In this document: positions 18,314 to 27,787 of the stretch, in pieces
How the letters are laid out: every line of letters begins with the position of its first letter
How positions within the stretch are numbered: position 1 is the first letter of the stretch
Source: Paludibacteraceae bacterium
GTDB taxonomy: Bacteria > Bacteroidota > Bacteroidia > Bacteroidales > Paludibacteraceae
Length of the DNA stretch: 64,000 nt
Assembly: GCA_051870755.1 (NCBI GenBank)
Contig: JBJECE010000031.1
Coordinates: 15,242 to 79,241 of the forward strand
Direction of reading: 5' to 3'
The notes under the pieces: model-generated
What the model was told of the DNA's origin: nothing
The model's database searches: none
What the model saw: the letters and a program-made list of their open reading frames with translations, nothing else
Translations under genes and position numbers: made by a program

Positions 18314-19183
18314 TTATTCAGCCGTAACATCCGGATTGATTTTGTGAATCAGACCTTGCAGCACGGTGCCGGGGCCAAGTTCTTTGAAATAGTCGGCGCC
18401 ATCGGCAATCATATTTTGCACACTGTACGACCAGCGCACAGCGCCTGTCAGTTGTGCGATGCAGTTGGCTTTCAGTTCGTCGGGGTCGGTATGCGGCAGT
18501 GCATCAACATTCTGATAGACAGGACATATCGGTTTGTGGAAGTCGGTAGCACGAATAGCCGTTTCGAGTTCGGCGCGCGCGGGTTCCATCAGCGGCGAGT
18601 GGAAAGCGCCGCCCACAGCGAGTTTGAGTGCGCGTTTGGCGCCGGCCTCTTTCAGTTTGACACAGGCGGCATCGATGGCTTCGACCGCGCCTGAAATGAC
18701 CAACTGCCCCGGGCAGTTGTAGTTGGCCGGCACTACCACGCCATCAATGGTTTTCAGAATTTCCTCGATTTGTGCATCGGGCAACGCGATGACGGCCGCC
18801 ATGGTGCCGGGTTGCATTTCGCACGCTTTTTGCATGGCGCGCGCCCGGGCAGCCACAAGTTTCAGTCCGTCGTCGAACGACAAAGCGCCGGCGGCAACCA
18901 TCGCCGAATATTCGCCCAACGAATGTCCGGCCACCATGTCGGGACGAAAATCGTCGCCAAGCACCAATGCCGAGATGACGGAGTGTAGAAAAACAGCCGG
19001 TTGCGTTACTTTGGTCTGACGCAAATCGTCGTCGTCGCCGGCAAACATCACGTCGGTGATGCGAAAGCCGAGAATGTCGTTGGCTTTTTCGAATAGTTCT
19101 TTGGCAAGTGGCGACGATTCGTACAAATCTTTACCCATGCCTACAAATTGAGCCCCTTGTCCGGGGAATACATACGCTTTCAT
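18314..19183 (-). CDS. fabD: Malonyl-CoA:ACP transacylase
   Basis: FPGQGAQFVGMG, the active-site motif GHSLGEYSA, and AFHSPLM. Confidence 0.92.
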   Translation of the reverse strand: MKAYVFPGQGAQFVGMGKDLYESSPLAKELFEKANDILGFRITDVMFAGDDDDLRQTKVTQPAVFLHSVISALVLGDDFRPDMVAGHSLGEYSAMVAAGALSFDDGLKLVAARARAMQKACEMQPGTMAAVIALPDAQIEEILKTIDGVVVPANYNCPGQLVISGAVEAIDAACVKLKEAGAKRALKLAVGGAFHSPLMEPARAELETAIRATDFHKPICPVYQNVDALPHTDPDELKANCIAQLTGAVRWSYSVQNMIADGADYFKELGPGTVLQGLIHKINPDVTAE

Positions 19184-19206
19184 AATGATATAAGTTTTTT
19201 GTTATT

Positions 19207-19785
19207 TTATTTATTTAAGAAATTTTTAACCACGTTTAATATTGCATTTTGTGCGGTTGCTAAATCGTCGTTGACGATAATGGCATCGAACTGCGGTGCG
19301 AACTGCATCTCCCACGCGGCTTTGGCCAAACGTTTTTCGATCATGTCGGGTGAATCGGTGGCGCGCCCTACCAATCGGCGGCGCAACTCATCGACCGACG
19401 GCGGTTGCACAAACAGCGCCAAGGCTCTATCGCCATAAATGCGTTTAATGTTGAGTCCGCCTTTCACATCGACATCGAACAGCAGATTGGCGCCTTGGGC
19501 AAGTTTGCTGTCCACTTCGGATTTCAGCGTGCCGTAAAAACAATTTTCGTACACTTCTTCGTATTCGACGAAGGCGTTTTCGGCTATTTTTTGTCGAAAT
19601 TCGTCTATCGACAGGAAGAAATATTCCACGCCGTTGCGTTCGTCGCCGCGCGGTGGCCGGCTGGTGGCCGATACCGAAAATTCGATGTTTTGGCTGCAGT
19701 GCGCCATGAGGTATTTTTCCAACGTGCTTTTGCCGCTGCCCGATGGTGCGCACACAATAATGATTTTGCCCTGTATGTCTGTCAT
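19207..19785 (-). CDS. gmk: Guanylate kinase
   Basis: P-loop APSGSGKSTL, TSRPPRGDERNGVEYFF. 192 aa. Confidence 0.92.
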   Translation of the reverse strand: MTDIQGKIIIVCAPSGSGKSTLEKYLMAHCSQNIEFSVSATSRPPRGDERNGVEYFFLSIDEFRQKIAENAFVEYEEVYENCFYGTLKSEVDSKLAQGANLLFDVDVKGGLNIKRIYGDRALALFVQPPSVDELRRRLVGRATDSPDMIEKRLAKAAWEMQFAPQFDAIIVNDDLATAQNAILNVVKNFLNK

Positions 19786-19797
19786 CGCGCAAAAAAA

Positions 19798-20679
19798 TTA
19801 CAATACGTTCAACACTTGTTCTTTAATTTGTTCCAACTCGTCTTTCATTTTGACGACGATGATTTGCATTTCGCTGTGGTTCGATTTGGAGCCCAGCGTA
19901 TTGATTTCGCGCCCCATTTCTTGAGCAATGAATCCGAGTTTTTTGCCGGCTGCATGTTCGTGTTCCATCGTTTCGGCAAAATATTTGAGATGGTTGCGCA
20001 GTCGCACTTTTTCTTCGTTCACATCGAGTTTTTCGATGTAGTAAATCAACTCTTGTTCGAAGCGGTTGCGATCGACAGCCACTTTTGTTTCTATTTCTTT
20101 CAGATTTTCGAGCAGGTGTGCGCGTATTTTGGCAATGCGTTCCGACTCGTATTTATCGACTTCGAGCAACAATGCGCCGATGCGTTCGAGTTTTTCGGTG
20201 AACATACGTTGCAGGGCGGCGCCTTCTTGTTGGCGGAAAGCCACAAGTTGGTCGATGGCTCGCCCGACCGTGTCGAACACGACTTTGTATTCGTCGTCAT
20301 CGACCAGCGGCGTGTCGATTTTGAGTGCATCGGGCAGCCGCAAAAGCGTATCGAAAAGGTTGGCTTCGACGGGCAACGGTATGTGCAGTTGTTCCGACAT
20401 TTCGACCAATTGTTTGTAGTAGTTGCCCACTATCGTTTGGTTGATGCAGGCTGCGGCGCTGCCGCAAGTATCTTCCACAGTCAGCGTAAAGTCTATTTTG
20501 CCGCGTTCCAAGAGTTGCGCCACCATAGCGCGCAGGTCGATTTCCTTTTCGCGATACGCGTTTGCGATGCGTGTCGATAGATCAACTTGTTTGGAATTTA
20601 ACGATTTTATTTCAACCGTTATTTTTTTGTTGTTGTATTCGCAGATGGCTTTTCCGTAGCCGGTCATCGAAAGTAGCAT
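19798..20679 (-). CDS. yicC: YicC family stress-induced protein (endoribonuclease family)
   Basis: N-terminus MLLSMTGYG, VEIKSLNSKQ, and the C-terminal DUF1732-like EMGREINTLGSKSN. Confidence 0.88.
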   Translation of the reverse strand: MLLSMTGYGKAICEYNNKKITVEIKSLNSKQVDLSTRIANAYREKEIDLRAMVAQLLERGKIDFTLTVEDTCGSAAACINQTIVGNYYKQLVEMSEQLHIPLPVEANLFDTLLRLPDALKIDTPLVDDDEYKVVFDTVGRAIDQLVAFRQQEGAALQRMFTEKLERIGALLLEVDKYESERIAKIRAHLLENLKEIETKVAVDRNRFEQELIYYIEKLDVNEEKVRLRNHLKYFAETMEHEHAAGKKLGFIAQEMGREINTLGSKSNHSEMQIIVVKMKDELEQIKEQVLNVL

Positions 20680-20727
20680 AATGTTGTGTTGTTTTTACCA
20701 ATTGTACAAAAAGTGTGCATTAAATTT

Positions 20728-20735
20728 GCAAAGAT
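20728..20735 (-). promoter_or_regulatory. -7 box TAtcTTTG for yicC-gmk
   Basis: Plus strand reads CAAAGATA, 49 nt upstream of the ATG at 20679. Confidence 0.45.
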
Positions 20736-20797
20736 ACAACTTTATGGTCATACTCATACGTTTTTTAACACAAAATAAGCATTTCATACGACTTTTA

Positions 20798-23700
20798 TCA
20801 GCAAATTTGTTCCAATTCGTTCGTTTGTGCATACCAAATGAAGCCTTGCACGGAGAATCCCATGCGGCTGATCAGGTTGGCATAGCGTTGCACTTGTTTG
20901 TTGTATCGCGGTTCGTGCTGTGTGCCGAATTTATAATCGACCACAACCACATCCGTTCCGGCCATCATCACTCTGTCCGGCCGATACAGCAGGCCTTGTG
21001 GCGTGATGATTTCTGTTTCGTTCAGCACGCGATATTTTCCCGAAAACCACGCGCGTGCCTGCTCATTATCAAGCAGTTGATTGATAGTACTTTGCACTTG
21101 TGGCAGTTGTTCGGCGGTCAGTTTGCCGTTGAGCATCTGTGTTTGTAAAATTTTCGGGAGTTCGTTGGCGGTACGCAGTTGGCTCAATATGTCGTGCATG
21201 AGCAATCCGTATCGGCGTTCGCTGCCGGCATCATCGGGCGTATAGCGCAGTTTGAGTCGTGGCAGTGCCGACACCGAATCGTATGTGAGCGTGAGCGATT
21301 CGGCGGTTTGTTTTTCGGCGCCGGCGTCGAGCGGCTGCAACTCGCCCATTTGCGCCAAAAAGCGTGTGTCGTCATCGACGCTGATGTACATGGTTTGGCA
21401 CGACCGCACATATCGTTCCAACATATTGACAATGTTGAGCGACGCGGAGGCGTTTTGGGTGTTTTTGGTTTTCGGACCGAGTATATACAAATCGTTTTCG
21501 GCGCGCGTAAATGCGACGTAAGCCACATTGACGGAATCGACCAACGTGTATAACTGTTCGGTTTCGTAGGCGGATTTGAAATGTGTATTTGTCAGCAACG
21601 ATTTGGCTTTCAGCGGCACGATTGGCAATGTTCCGAGTAGCGGATGGTCGGTAGGTGTTTGGCACCACACGATGCCTTTGGCGTTGCAATCCCACTGACA
21701 GAAAGGAATGATAACCGCCTTAAACTCAAGTCCTTTCGACTTGTGTATCGTCATTATGCGTATGGCTTCCTGCGTGTCGGATGCGGGCAAGAAACAGGCG
21801 TCGCTTTGTTCGTCCCAATATTCGAGAAATCCGTTCAAGTCGTTGGTATAGTGCGCCGTATAGTCGAACACGACGTCTTGAAACGCCTGCAAAAAGACAT
21901 CGTTGGCCACTGTTCCATGTAGTTGCAGGGTCAAAATCAGGCCTTCGGTCAGTTGGAATAGCGGTTGATTGTGCAATGCCATGATGTCGGTATGCGTATC
22001 GGGAAAAACGCGCTGCAACCACATTTCTGCTGTTTCGTTAGATGGTTGGCAGCAAGGCATGGTCGCCGAATTGTAAGCCGCCAGCAACGTTTCTATCAGT
22101 TTGCGATTCAGCGTGTTGGACGGTTCTGCAAAAAAACGCATCATCGCCACCAGCAAGCGTATGCAGGCAGCGTTTGCCACCAGCAAGGCTTCGTTCGACA
22201 CCACTTTGTAGCCGGCAGCCAATAGCGCATCGGCCACTTGTACGGCTTCGCTGTTTTTGCGCACCAGCACGGTTATCTGATTGAGTGCGTAATTATTTCG
22301 GGTGAGTTCATCGACCATTTCGGGCAAGCGTTGCAATACGCGTTGTTGCCATGTGCTGGTGTCGTCGTTGGCCAGCAGTTCGACGCTGACCCGTCCGGGC
22401 ATCGTGCGATGCGGCTGTTGCCGGACTTCGGCGTAAATAGCGCGCACCAATTCGGCAGACTCGCCCGACACCACATTTGATACCAACGTCGGAATATACG
22501 AAAAAAAATCGTTGTTGAACGCCACCACATTTTGCGCGCTGCGCCAATTTGTATTCAGCACTTCGTCGCTGATGTAGCCGGCAAATTCTTGCTGTATGCC
22601 CGACTGCAACAATCGCCAATCGGAACTGCGCCAGCGGTAGATGCTCTGTTTCACATCGCCGACAATCAGATTTCGGTTGTTTTCGCTCACGCTGTTGTGC
22701 AACAATGGTTTGAAATTCTGCCACTGCAACTGCGACGTATCCTGAAATTCGTCCAGCATGAAATGATGCAAATAGGTGCCGGTTTTTTCGTACACGAACG
22801 GCGTGTCGCAATTTTTAGTGATTTGATTCAGGAAATCGGTCGTACTGCCAATCAGCATGATATTTTTTTCCTTGCAATAGTTGATAATCTGACGACGCAC
22901 ATCGTTCAAAATGCCCAGCATGTAGATATGTTCGTACACCACGCACACCGACAAATACTCTCGCACATTCAGGGCGTTAAGTTCGTGGGCGCAGGCGTTC
23001 AAACCGTCATTAAAAGCAGCCTCGATAGCCGTTTTATGCGTCGATTTTGCACTGCTCCATTTGTCGATATTATCGATGGCGTTCCGAAACGTGGTCGTGA
23101 GCAAAAAGTTTTTCGATTTGAGTTTGTCGTAATCGAAATAGGTCGTAAAACTTCTCTCTTTGCCGCTGAAATCGCTCCATTGCAGATGGTGCTTTTGCCG
23201 TATTTGCGTGGCGCGGTCGCAAATATTCCGAACGCGTTGTTCAAAATGCTCTTTGGCCTCGTACAGTTGTTGCCGATAGGTGGCAAAAAACTTTTTATTC
23301 TCCAACTGTTTCTCCAATTGGTCGGCATATTGCAGGTACGACTCTTTGAAAATTTCCTGACCAAGTGTTTCGATGTTCGTACGGAAACGCATCCACGAAG
23401 CCGTCGGTTTATCCGAGTCGGTTTGCGGCGTCAGCGTCTCGCTGATGTACTGTTTCAGCCACACCAACAAGGGTTGATTTTCGGGCCGATCGAGTTCGAA
23501 CAGCATATTGTCCACCGCCATTTTGAGCACGCTATCTCTGTTGAGTTCGACACCAAAATCGCCCTGCATGCCGATTTCACGGGTAAAAGCCCGCACTATC
23601 TGCTGAAAAAATCGGTCAATCGTCGAGACATTGAACGCGCTGTAATCGTGCAAAAGGTCGCTCAAAAAGCGCTGCGCCCACTGCCGAATGTCGGTTTGCG

Positions 23701-23959
23701 ACAACCCTTCCGACTTCAAATCCTGCGTCAATTCGGCCAAAAAAGGTGCATGAGCGTCGTGCGCCAAAGCGAATAGTTCGCGCACGATGCGACGTTTCAT
23801 TTCGTCGGTGGCTTTGTTGGTAAACGTGGCCGCCAGCGTGCTGCGATGCGGATGCGCACACGCACGATTGCGAAACAGCAGCAGCACATATTCGTAGGCC
23901 AACCGATAGGTTTTTCCCGACCCGGCCGATGCTTTATAAATTTTGACAGTTGCGGACAT
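20798..23959 (-). CDS. UvrD/Rep-type helicase fused to a PD-(D/E)XK nuclease (AddA-like)
   Basis: Walker A ASAGSGKTYRL, a helicase motif II-like MLDEFQDTS, and the C-terminal RecB-nuclease motif RPDRV...VVVDYKFG. 1053 aa. Confidence 0.8.
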   Translation of the reverse strand: MSATVKIYKASAGSGKTYRLAYEYVLLLFRNRACAHPHRSTLAATFTNKATDEMKRRIVRELFALAHDAHAPFLAELTQDLKSEGLSQTDIRQWAQRFLSDLLHDYSAFNVSTIDRFFQQIVRAFTREIGMQGDFGVELNRDSVLKMAVDNMLFELDRPENQPLLVWLKQYISETLTPQTDSDKPTASWMRFRTNIETLGQEIFKESYLQYADQLEKQLENKKFFATYRQQLYEAKEHFEQRVRNICDRATQIRQKHHLQWSDFSGKERSFTTYFDYDKLKSKNFLLTTTFRNAIDNIDKWSSAKSTHKTAIEAAFNDGLNACAHELNALNVREYLSVCVVYEHIYMLGILNDVRRQIINYCKEKNIMLIGSTTDFLNQITKNCDTPFVYEKTGTYLHHFMLDEFQDTSQLQWQNFKPLLHNSVSENNRNLIVGDVKQSIYRWRSSDWRLLQSGIQQEFAGYISDEVLNTNWRSAQNVVAFNNDFFSYIPTLVSNVVSGESAELVRAIYAEVRQQPHRTMPGRVSVELLANDDTSTWQQRVLQRLPEMVDELTRNNYALNQITVLVRKNSEAVQVADALLAAGYKVVSNEALLVANAACIRLLVAMMRFFAEPSNTLNRKLIETLLAAYNSATMPCCQPSNETAEMWLQRVFPDTHTDIMALHNQPLFQLTEGLILTLQLHGTVANDVFLQAFQDVVFDYTAHYTNDLNGFLEYWDEQSDACFLPASDTQEAIRIMTIHKSKGLEFKAVIIPFCQWDCNAKGIVWCQTPTDHPLLGTLPIVPLKAKSLLTNTHFKSAYETEQLYTLVDSVNVAYVAFTRAENDLYILGPKTKNTQNASASLNIVNMLERYVRSCQTMYISVDDDTRFLAQMGELQPLDAGAEKQTAESLTLTYDSVSALPRLKLRYTPDDAGSERRYGLLMHDILSQLRTANELPKILQTQMLNGKLTAEQLPQVQSTINQLLDNEQARAWFSGKYRVLNETEIITPQGLLYRPDRVMMAGTDVVVVDYKFGTQHEPRYNKQVQRYANLISRMGFSVQGFIWYAQTNELEQIC

Positions 23960-23980
23960 AATTGTTTGCGTTCAATCAGA

Positions 23981-23988
23981 CAAAAATA
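23981..23988 (-). promoter_or_regulatory. -7 box TAttTTTG for the AddA-like gene
   Basis: Plus strand reads CAAAAATA, 22 nt upstream of the ATG at 23959. Confidence 0.45.
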
Positions 23989-24083
23989 CAAAAAAAACGG
24001 CGTCGAGCCAAACTTTTTGCCGCCCGAGTTATCAACAAGTGCAAAAGAGACGATTTTTTTGAGTATCGTATCATTATTTTTTG

Positions 24084-24091
24084 TACTTTTG
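24084..24091 (+). promoter_or_regulatory. -7 box TActTTTG for tsaB
   Basis: 12 nt before the ATG at 24103 and 27 nt before the ATG at 24118. Confidence 0.45.
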
Positions 24092-24117
24092 CAGTGGCAG
24101 AAATGAGCAGCAAAATC

Positions 24118-24807
24118 ATGGCAAACATTTTACACATAGAAACCTCGACCACGGTCTGTTCGGCCGCCCTGTCGCACGACGGGCAAGTGTGCATATCGCG
24201 CTTGTGTGCCGAAGGCATGTCGCACGCCTCGAAATTACCCGTTTTCATCGACGAAATTCTGCAATATTGCCGCAGCCGTCGCATGCAATGCGATGCCGTG
24301 GCCGTGAGCGCCGGTCCCGGTTCGTACACCGGTCTGCGCATCGGCGTTTCCACTGCCAAAGGCCTCTGCTACGGTCTGAACGCCAAATTGTTGGCCATCG
24401 ACACGCTGCAACTGATAGCACGCGCAGCACTGCCAAAAATTGCCGATGAAAACGCCCTGATTTGCCCCATGATAGATGCCCGACGCATGGAAGTTTACAC
24501 CGCGCTCTACGACACGAGCCTGCAAAAAACGCTCAATTGCACCGCCAAAATTATCGATGCCGACGCTTTCGCCGACTTGTTGGACACGCGGAAAATCTAT
24601 TTTTGTGGCGACGGCGCCGCAAAATGCCAATCGACCATTACACACGCCAACGCCGTTTTTCTCGATGGAATCGTGCCATTGGCCGACAACATGGCAGCAC
24701 CCGCCGAAGCCCGATATGCAGCACACGCATTCGAAGACGTGGCCTATTTCGAACCGTTTTACCTGAAAGAATTTCAGGCAACAAAACCGCGAGCAACAAA
24801 TTTATAA
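24118..24807 (+). CDS. tsaB: tRNA t6A37 biosynthesis protein TsaB
   Basis: MANILHIETSTTVCSAAL is the typical TsaB opening, followed by GPGSYTGLRIG. An alternative in-frame ATG lies at 24103. The track start at 23962 would add a non-conserved basic leader. Confidence 0.85.
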   Translation: MANILHIETSTTVCSAALSHDGQVCISRLCAEGMSHASKLPVFIDEILQYCRSRRMQCDAVAVSAGPGSYTGLRIGVSTAKGLCYGLNAKLLAIDTLQLIARAALPKIADENALICPMIDARRMEVYTALYDTSLQKTLNCTAKIIDADAFADLLDTRKIYFCGDGAAKCQSTITHANAVFLDGIVPLADNMAAPAEARYAAHAFEDVAYFEPFYLKEFQATKPRATNL

Positions 24808-24847
24808 ACAACAGATTACAAACAAAATCGAAAGTGATACTTTAATT

Positions 24848-25465
24848 ATGAGCGACATTTTACGTTATGCCCCGAAATCGGAATTGATAATGCCCGAATA
24901 TGGGCGCAACATTCAGCAAATGGTGCAATATGCCATGTCCATCGACGACCGCGCCGAGCGTACACGTTGCGCACGCACCATTATCGATGTGATGGGCAAT
25001 ATGTTTCCCTATTTGCGCGATGTCGAAGGATTCAAACATAAATTGTGGGATCATCTGTACATCATGTCGGGATTCAAACTCGACATCGATTATCCGTTTG
25101 ACGTGAAGAAACCGCAGGAATTGCCCAAACCGGATCCAATTCCGTACAACACGCAGAAAATCAAGTACAAACACTACGGCCGCTGGCTGCAAACGTTGAT
25201 AAAAAAAGCGTCGGAATGCGAAGATGGCGAGCAACGCACCGCACTTATTCGGCTCATTGCCAACAACATGAAGAAAGATTACATAACGTGGAACAAGGAT
25301 TTGGCCGAAGACAACAAGATTTTTGACGATTTGCGCGAATTATCGCATGGTGCCATCGACATCGACAGCAGCAGCATGACATTGACAACGATGCGCAACG
25401 GCAACAATTTTTATAAAAACAACGGTAAAAACGGCAAAAACGGTAAAAAATCAGCGAAGCAATAG
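24848..25465 (+). CDS. DUF4290 domain protein
   Basis: The opening LIMPEYGRNIQQMVQYA is the conserved start of the Bacteroidota DUF4290 family, as I recall it. The C-terminal tail NNGKNGKNGKK is encoded by a 9-nt tandem repeat. Confidence 0.65.
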   Translation: MSDILRYAPKSELIMPEYGRNIQQMVQYAMSIDDRAERTRCARTIIDVMGNMFPYLRDVEGFKHKLWDHLYIMSGFKLDIDYPFDVKKPQELPKPDPIPYNTQKIKYKHYGRWLQTLIKKASECEDGEQRTALIRLIANNMKKDYITWNKDLAEDNKIFDDLRELSHGAIDIDSSSMTLTTMRNGNNFYKNNGKNGKNGKKSAKQ

Positions 25466-25906
25466 CGTATAATCGGGAATTTCGGGCTGAAAGACATAAC
25501 GTTTGTTCACCCAATCGACCTGACAAAAAATATGTCGCAAGCCATTGCTGACCAAAAGATACGGCACCTGCAAACGCAAGTTGTAAACCGCGATTTGATC
25601 GAATGTTTTTTGGGTAATTTCGATAGTTGGCGCTTTGTACTCCACTATCATCAGCGGCTGCAGGTGTGCATCGTACACGACGGTATCGCAGCGTTTCGAC
25701 AGACCGTTGAATGTGATGGGAGTTTCGTTGCTGATGCGTGTGGCAGGCACGTGCAAAGCCGCCACCAGATGCGACACCATATTTTGACGCACCCACTCTT
25801 CGGGCGTCAGCGCAACATACCGACGACGCACGGCATCGAAAATTTGCTGTTTTCCGCCATTTAATCGGATTTTTTGCTCGTAATATGGAAGATTCAGCGG
25901 TTGCAT
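25451..25906 (-). CDS. Small type I restriction enzyme HsdR N-terminal domain-like protein
   Basis: ATG at 25906 gives MQPLNLPYYEQKIRLNGGKQQIFDAVRRRYVALTPEEWVRQ, the pattern of the ~150-aa stand-alone HsdR_N proteins conserved in Bacteroidota. Confidence 0.65.
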   Translation of the reverse strand: MQPLNLPYYEQKIRLNGGKQQIFDAVRRRYVALTPEEWVRQNMVSHLVAALHVPATRISNETPITFNGLSKRCDTVVYDAHLQPLMIVEYKAPTIEITQKTFDQIAVYNLRLQVPYLLVSNGLRHIFCQVDWVNKRYVFQPEIPDYTLLLR

Positions 25907-25916
25907 AATTCGCTTG

Positions 25917-25924
25917 CAAAGGTA
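25917..25924 (-). promoter_or_regulatory. -7 box TAccTTTG
   Basis: Plus strand reads CAAAGGTA, only 11 nt upstream of the ATG at 25906. Confidence 0.4.
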
Positions 25925-25966
25925 CAAAATATAAACAGACAAACGAAACGAGTAACACATAAAAAT

Positions 25967-26740
25967 ATGAAAACACGCGAAGAAATCGTAAAAAATTGGT
26001 TGGTGCGCTACACACAACGCCCGCTACAAGAGTTCGGCGAATATATTTTGCTGTGCAATTTCAATAGTTATGTCGAAAAATTTGCCGAAATATTCGGTGT
26101 CGAAGTGGTGGGCGCCAAGAGCAATATGCCGAATGCTTCGGCCAACGGCATCACCATCATCAATTTCGGCATAGGCAGTCCCAATGCAGCGCTCATCATG
26201 GATTTGCTGTCGGCCATCAACCCGAAAGCCGTGCTTTTTTTGGGCAAATGCGGCGGTTTGAAGGATAAAAATCATGTAGGCGACTACATTTTGCCCAGCG
26301 CTGCCATACGCGGCGAAGGTACGTCGAACGACTACTTCCCGCCGGAAGTTCCGGCCTTGCCGGCATTCAATCTGCAACGATCGGTGTCGTCGAACATTCG
26401 CGATTTCGGCCACGACTATTGGACAGGCACAGTTTACACCACCAACCGGCGCGTGTGGGAGCACGACGAGCAATTCAAAGCCACGCTGCGGCGGGTGCGT
26501 TCGTTGGCGGTCGATATGGAAACGGCAACGCTGTTCAGCGTCGGATTTTTCAATTCGATACCGACCGGCGCTCTGCTGCTTGTGTCGGATATGCCGATGC
26601 ACGAAGCCGGCATCAAAACCGAAGAGAGCGACAAGCAGGTTACGCGCATGTATGCCGAAGAGCACCTGAAAATCGGCATCAAATCGCTACAATCGCTGCA
26701 AAACGACAGTAAAACCATCAAACACCTGCGTTGGGAATAA
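25967..26740 (+). CDS. amn: AMP nucleosidase-like nucleoside phosphorylase (PNP_UDP_1 fold, short Bacteroidota form)
   Basis: ATG at 25967 (MKTREEIVKNWL). Motifs ITIINFGIGSPNAA, GKCGGL and the C-terminal AVDMETATLF are typical of the family. Confidence 0.7.
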   Translation: MKTREEIVKNWLVRYTQRPLQEFGEYILLCNFNSYVEKFAEIFGVEVVGAKSNMPNASANGITIINFGIGSPNAALIMDLLSAINPKAVLFLGKCGGLKDKNHVGDYILPSAAIRGEGTSNDYFPPEVPALPAFNLQRSVSSNIRDFGHDYWTGTVYTTNRRVWEHDEQFKATLRRVRSLAVDMETATLFSVGFFNSIPTGALLLVSDMPMHEAGIKTEESDKQVTRMYAEEHLKIGIKSLQSLQNDSKTIKHLRWE

Positions 26741-27759
26741 TGGCAAAACAAGCGATTACATACGAACAAATAATGGCCGATTTGCAGCGCAAAGCGTATA
26801 AACCGGTGTATATGCTGACGGGCGACGAACCTTACTATATCGACAAAATTGCCGATTACATCGAACAAAATGTGCTGACCGAAGACGAAAAAGCCTTCAA
26901 TCAGATGGTGGTGTATGGCAAAGATACCGATTTGCGCGAAATAATCATTGCCGCCAAGCGTTTCCCGATGATGGCCGACCATCAAGTAATAATCGTGAAA
27001 GAGGCGCAAAGCATCAAGAACTATGACGACCTCGTGTTCTACCTTCAACAGCCGCAGCCATCGACCATTTTGGTGTTTTGCCACAAATACGACAAACTCG
27101 ACGGTCGCAAAAAAAGCACCTTGGCGATAGCCGAAAAAGGCGTGCTGTTCGAATCGAAAAAATTATACGACAATCAGGTTGCCGGCTGGATTACAGCCTA
27201 CGGCAAACAAAAAAACGTCAGCATCGATGCCAAAACCGCCAATATGTTAGCCGATTTTTTGGGCAACGACCTCTCGCGCATCGTCCACGAAATCGACAAA
27301 TTGCTCATTCTGTTGGCCGACAGCCACCAAAATTGCATCACACCCGAATTGGTGGAACAAAACATCGGCATCAGCAAAGACTACAACAACTTTGAACTGC
27401 TGAAAGCATTAGGCGAGCGCAACATTCTAAAAGCCAACAGAATTATCGATTATTTCGGGAAAAATCCGAAAAACAATCCGTTGATTGTTACCATCGCCGT
27501 CGTGTTCAATTTCTTCGCCAACCTGCTACTCTACCACTCGCTGCAAGACAAAAGCCAAATGAACGTGGCAGCCGAGTTGAAAATCAATCCCTATTTCGTG
27601 CGCGACTATCAGCAGGCAGCCCGCAACTACAACACAGCCAAAACACTGCAGATAATCAGCGACTTGCGCCGAGCCGACGCGCAAAGCAAGGGTTTCAAAA
27701 ATGCGTCGGCCACCGACACGGAGATACTGAAAGAACTCGTTTTCAGAATTTTACATTAA
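26740..27759 (+). CDS. holA: DNA polymerase III subunit delta
   Basis: The ATG overlaps the amn stop by 1 nt (TAATG). The opening YKPVYMLTGDEPYYIDKI and the ~340-aa length fit HolA. Confidence 0.8.
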   Translation: MAKQAITYEQIMADLQRKAYKPVYMLTGDEPYYIDKIADYIEQNVLTEDEKAFNQMVVYGKDTDLREIIIAAKRFPMMADHQVIIVKEAQSIKNYDDLVFYLQQPQPSTILVFCHKYDKLDGRKKSTLAIAEKGVLFESKKLYDNQVAGWITAYGKQKNVSIDAKTANMLADFLGNDLSRIVHEIDKLLILLADSHQNCITPELVEQNIGISKDYNNFELLKALGERNILKANRIIDYFGKNPKNNPLIVTIAVVFNFFANLLLYHSLQDKSQMNVAAELKINPYFVRDYQQAARNYNTAKTLQIISDLRRADAQSKGFKNASATDTEILKELVFRILH

Positions 27760-27787
27760 ACGCCACGCCCCAAACAACACCACTCCG

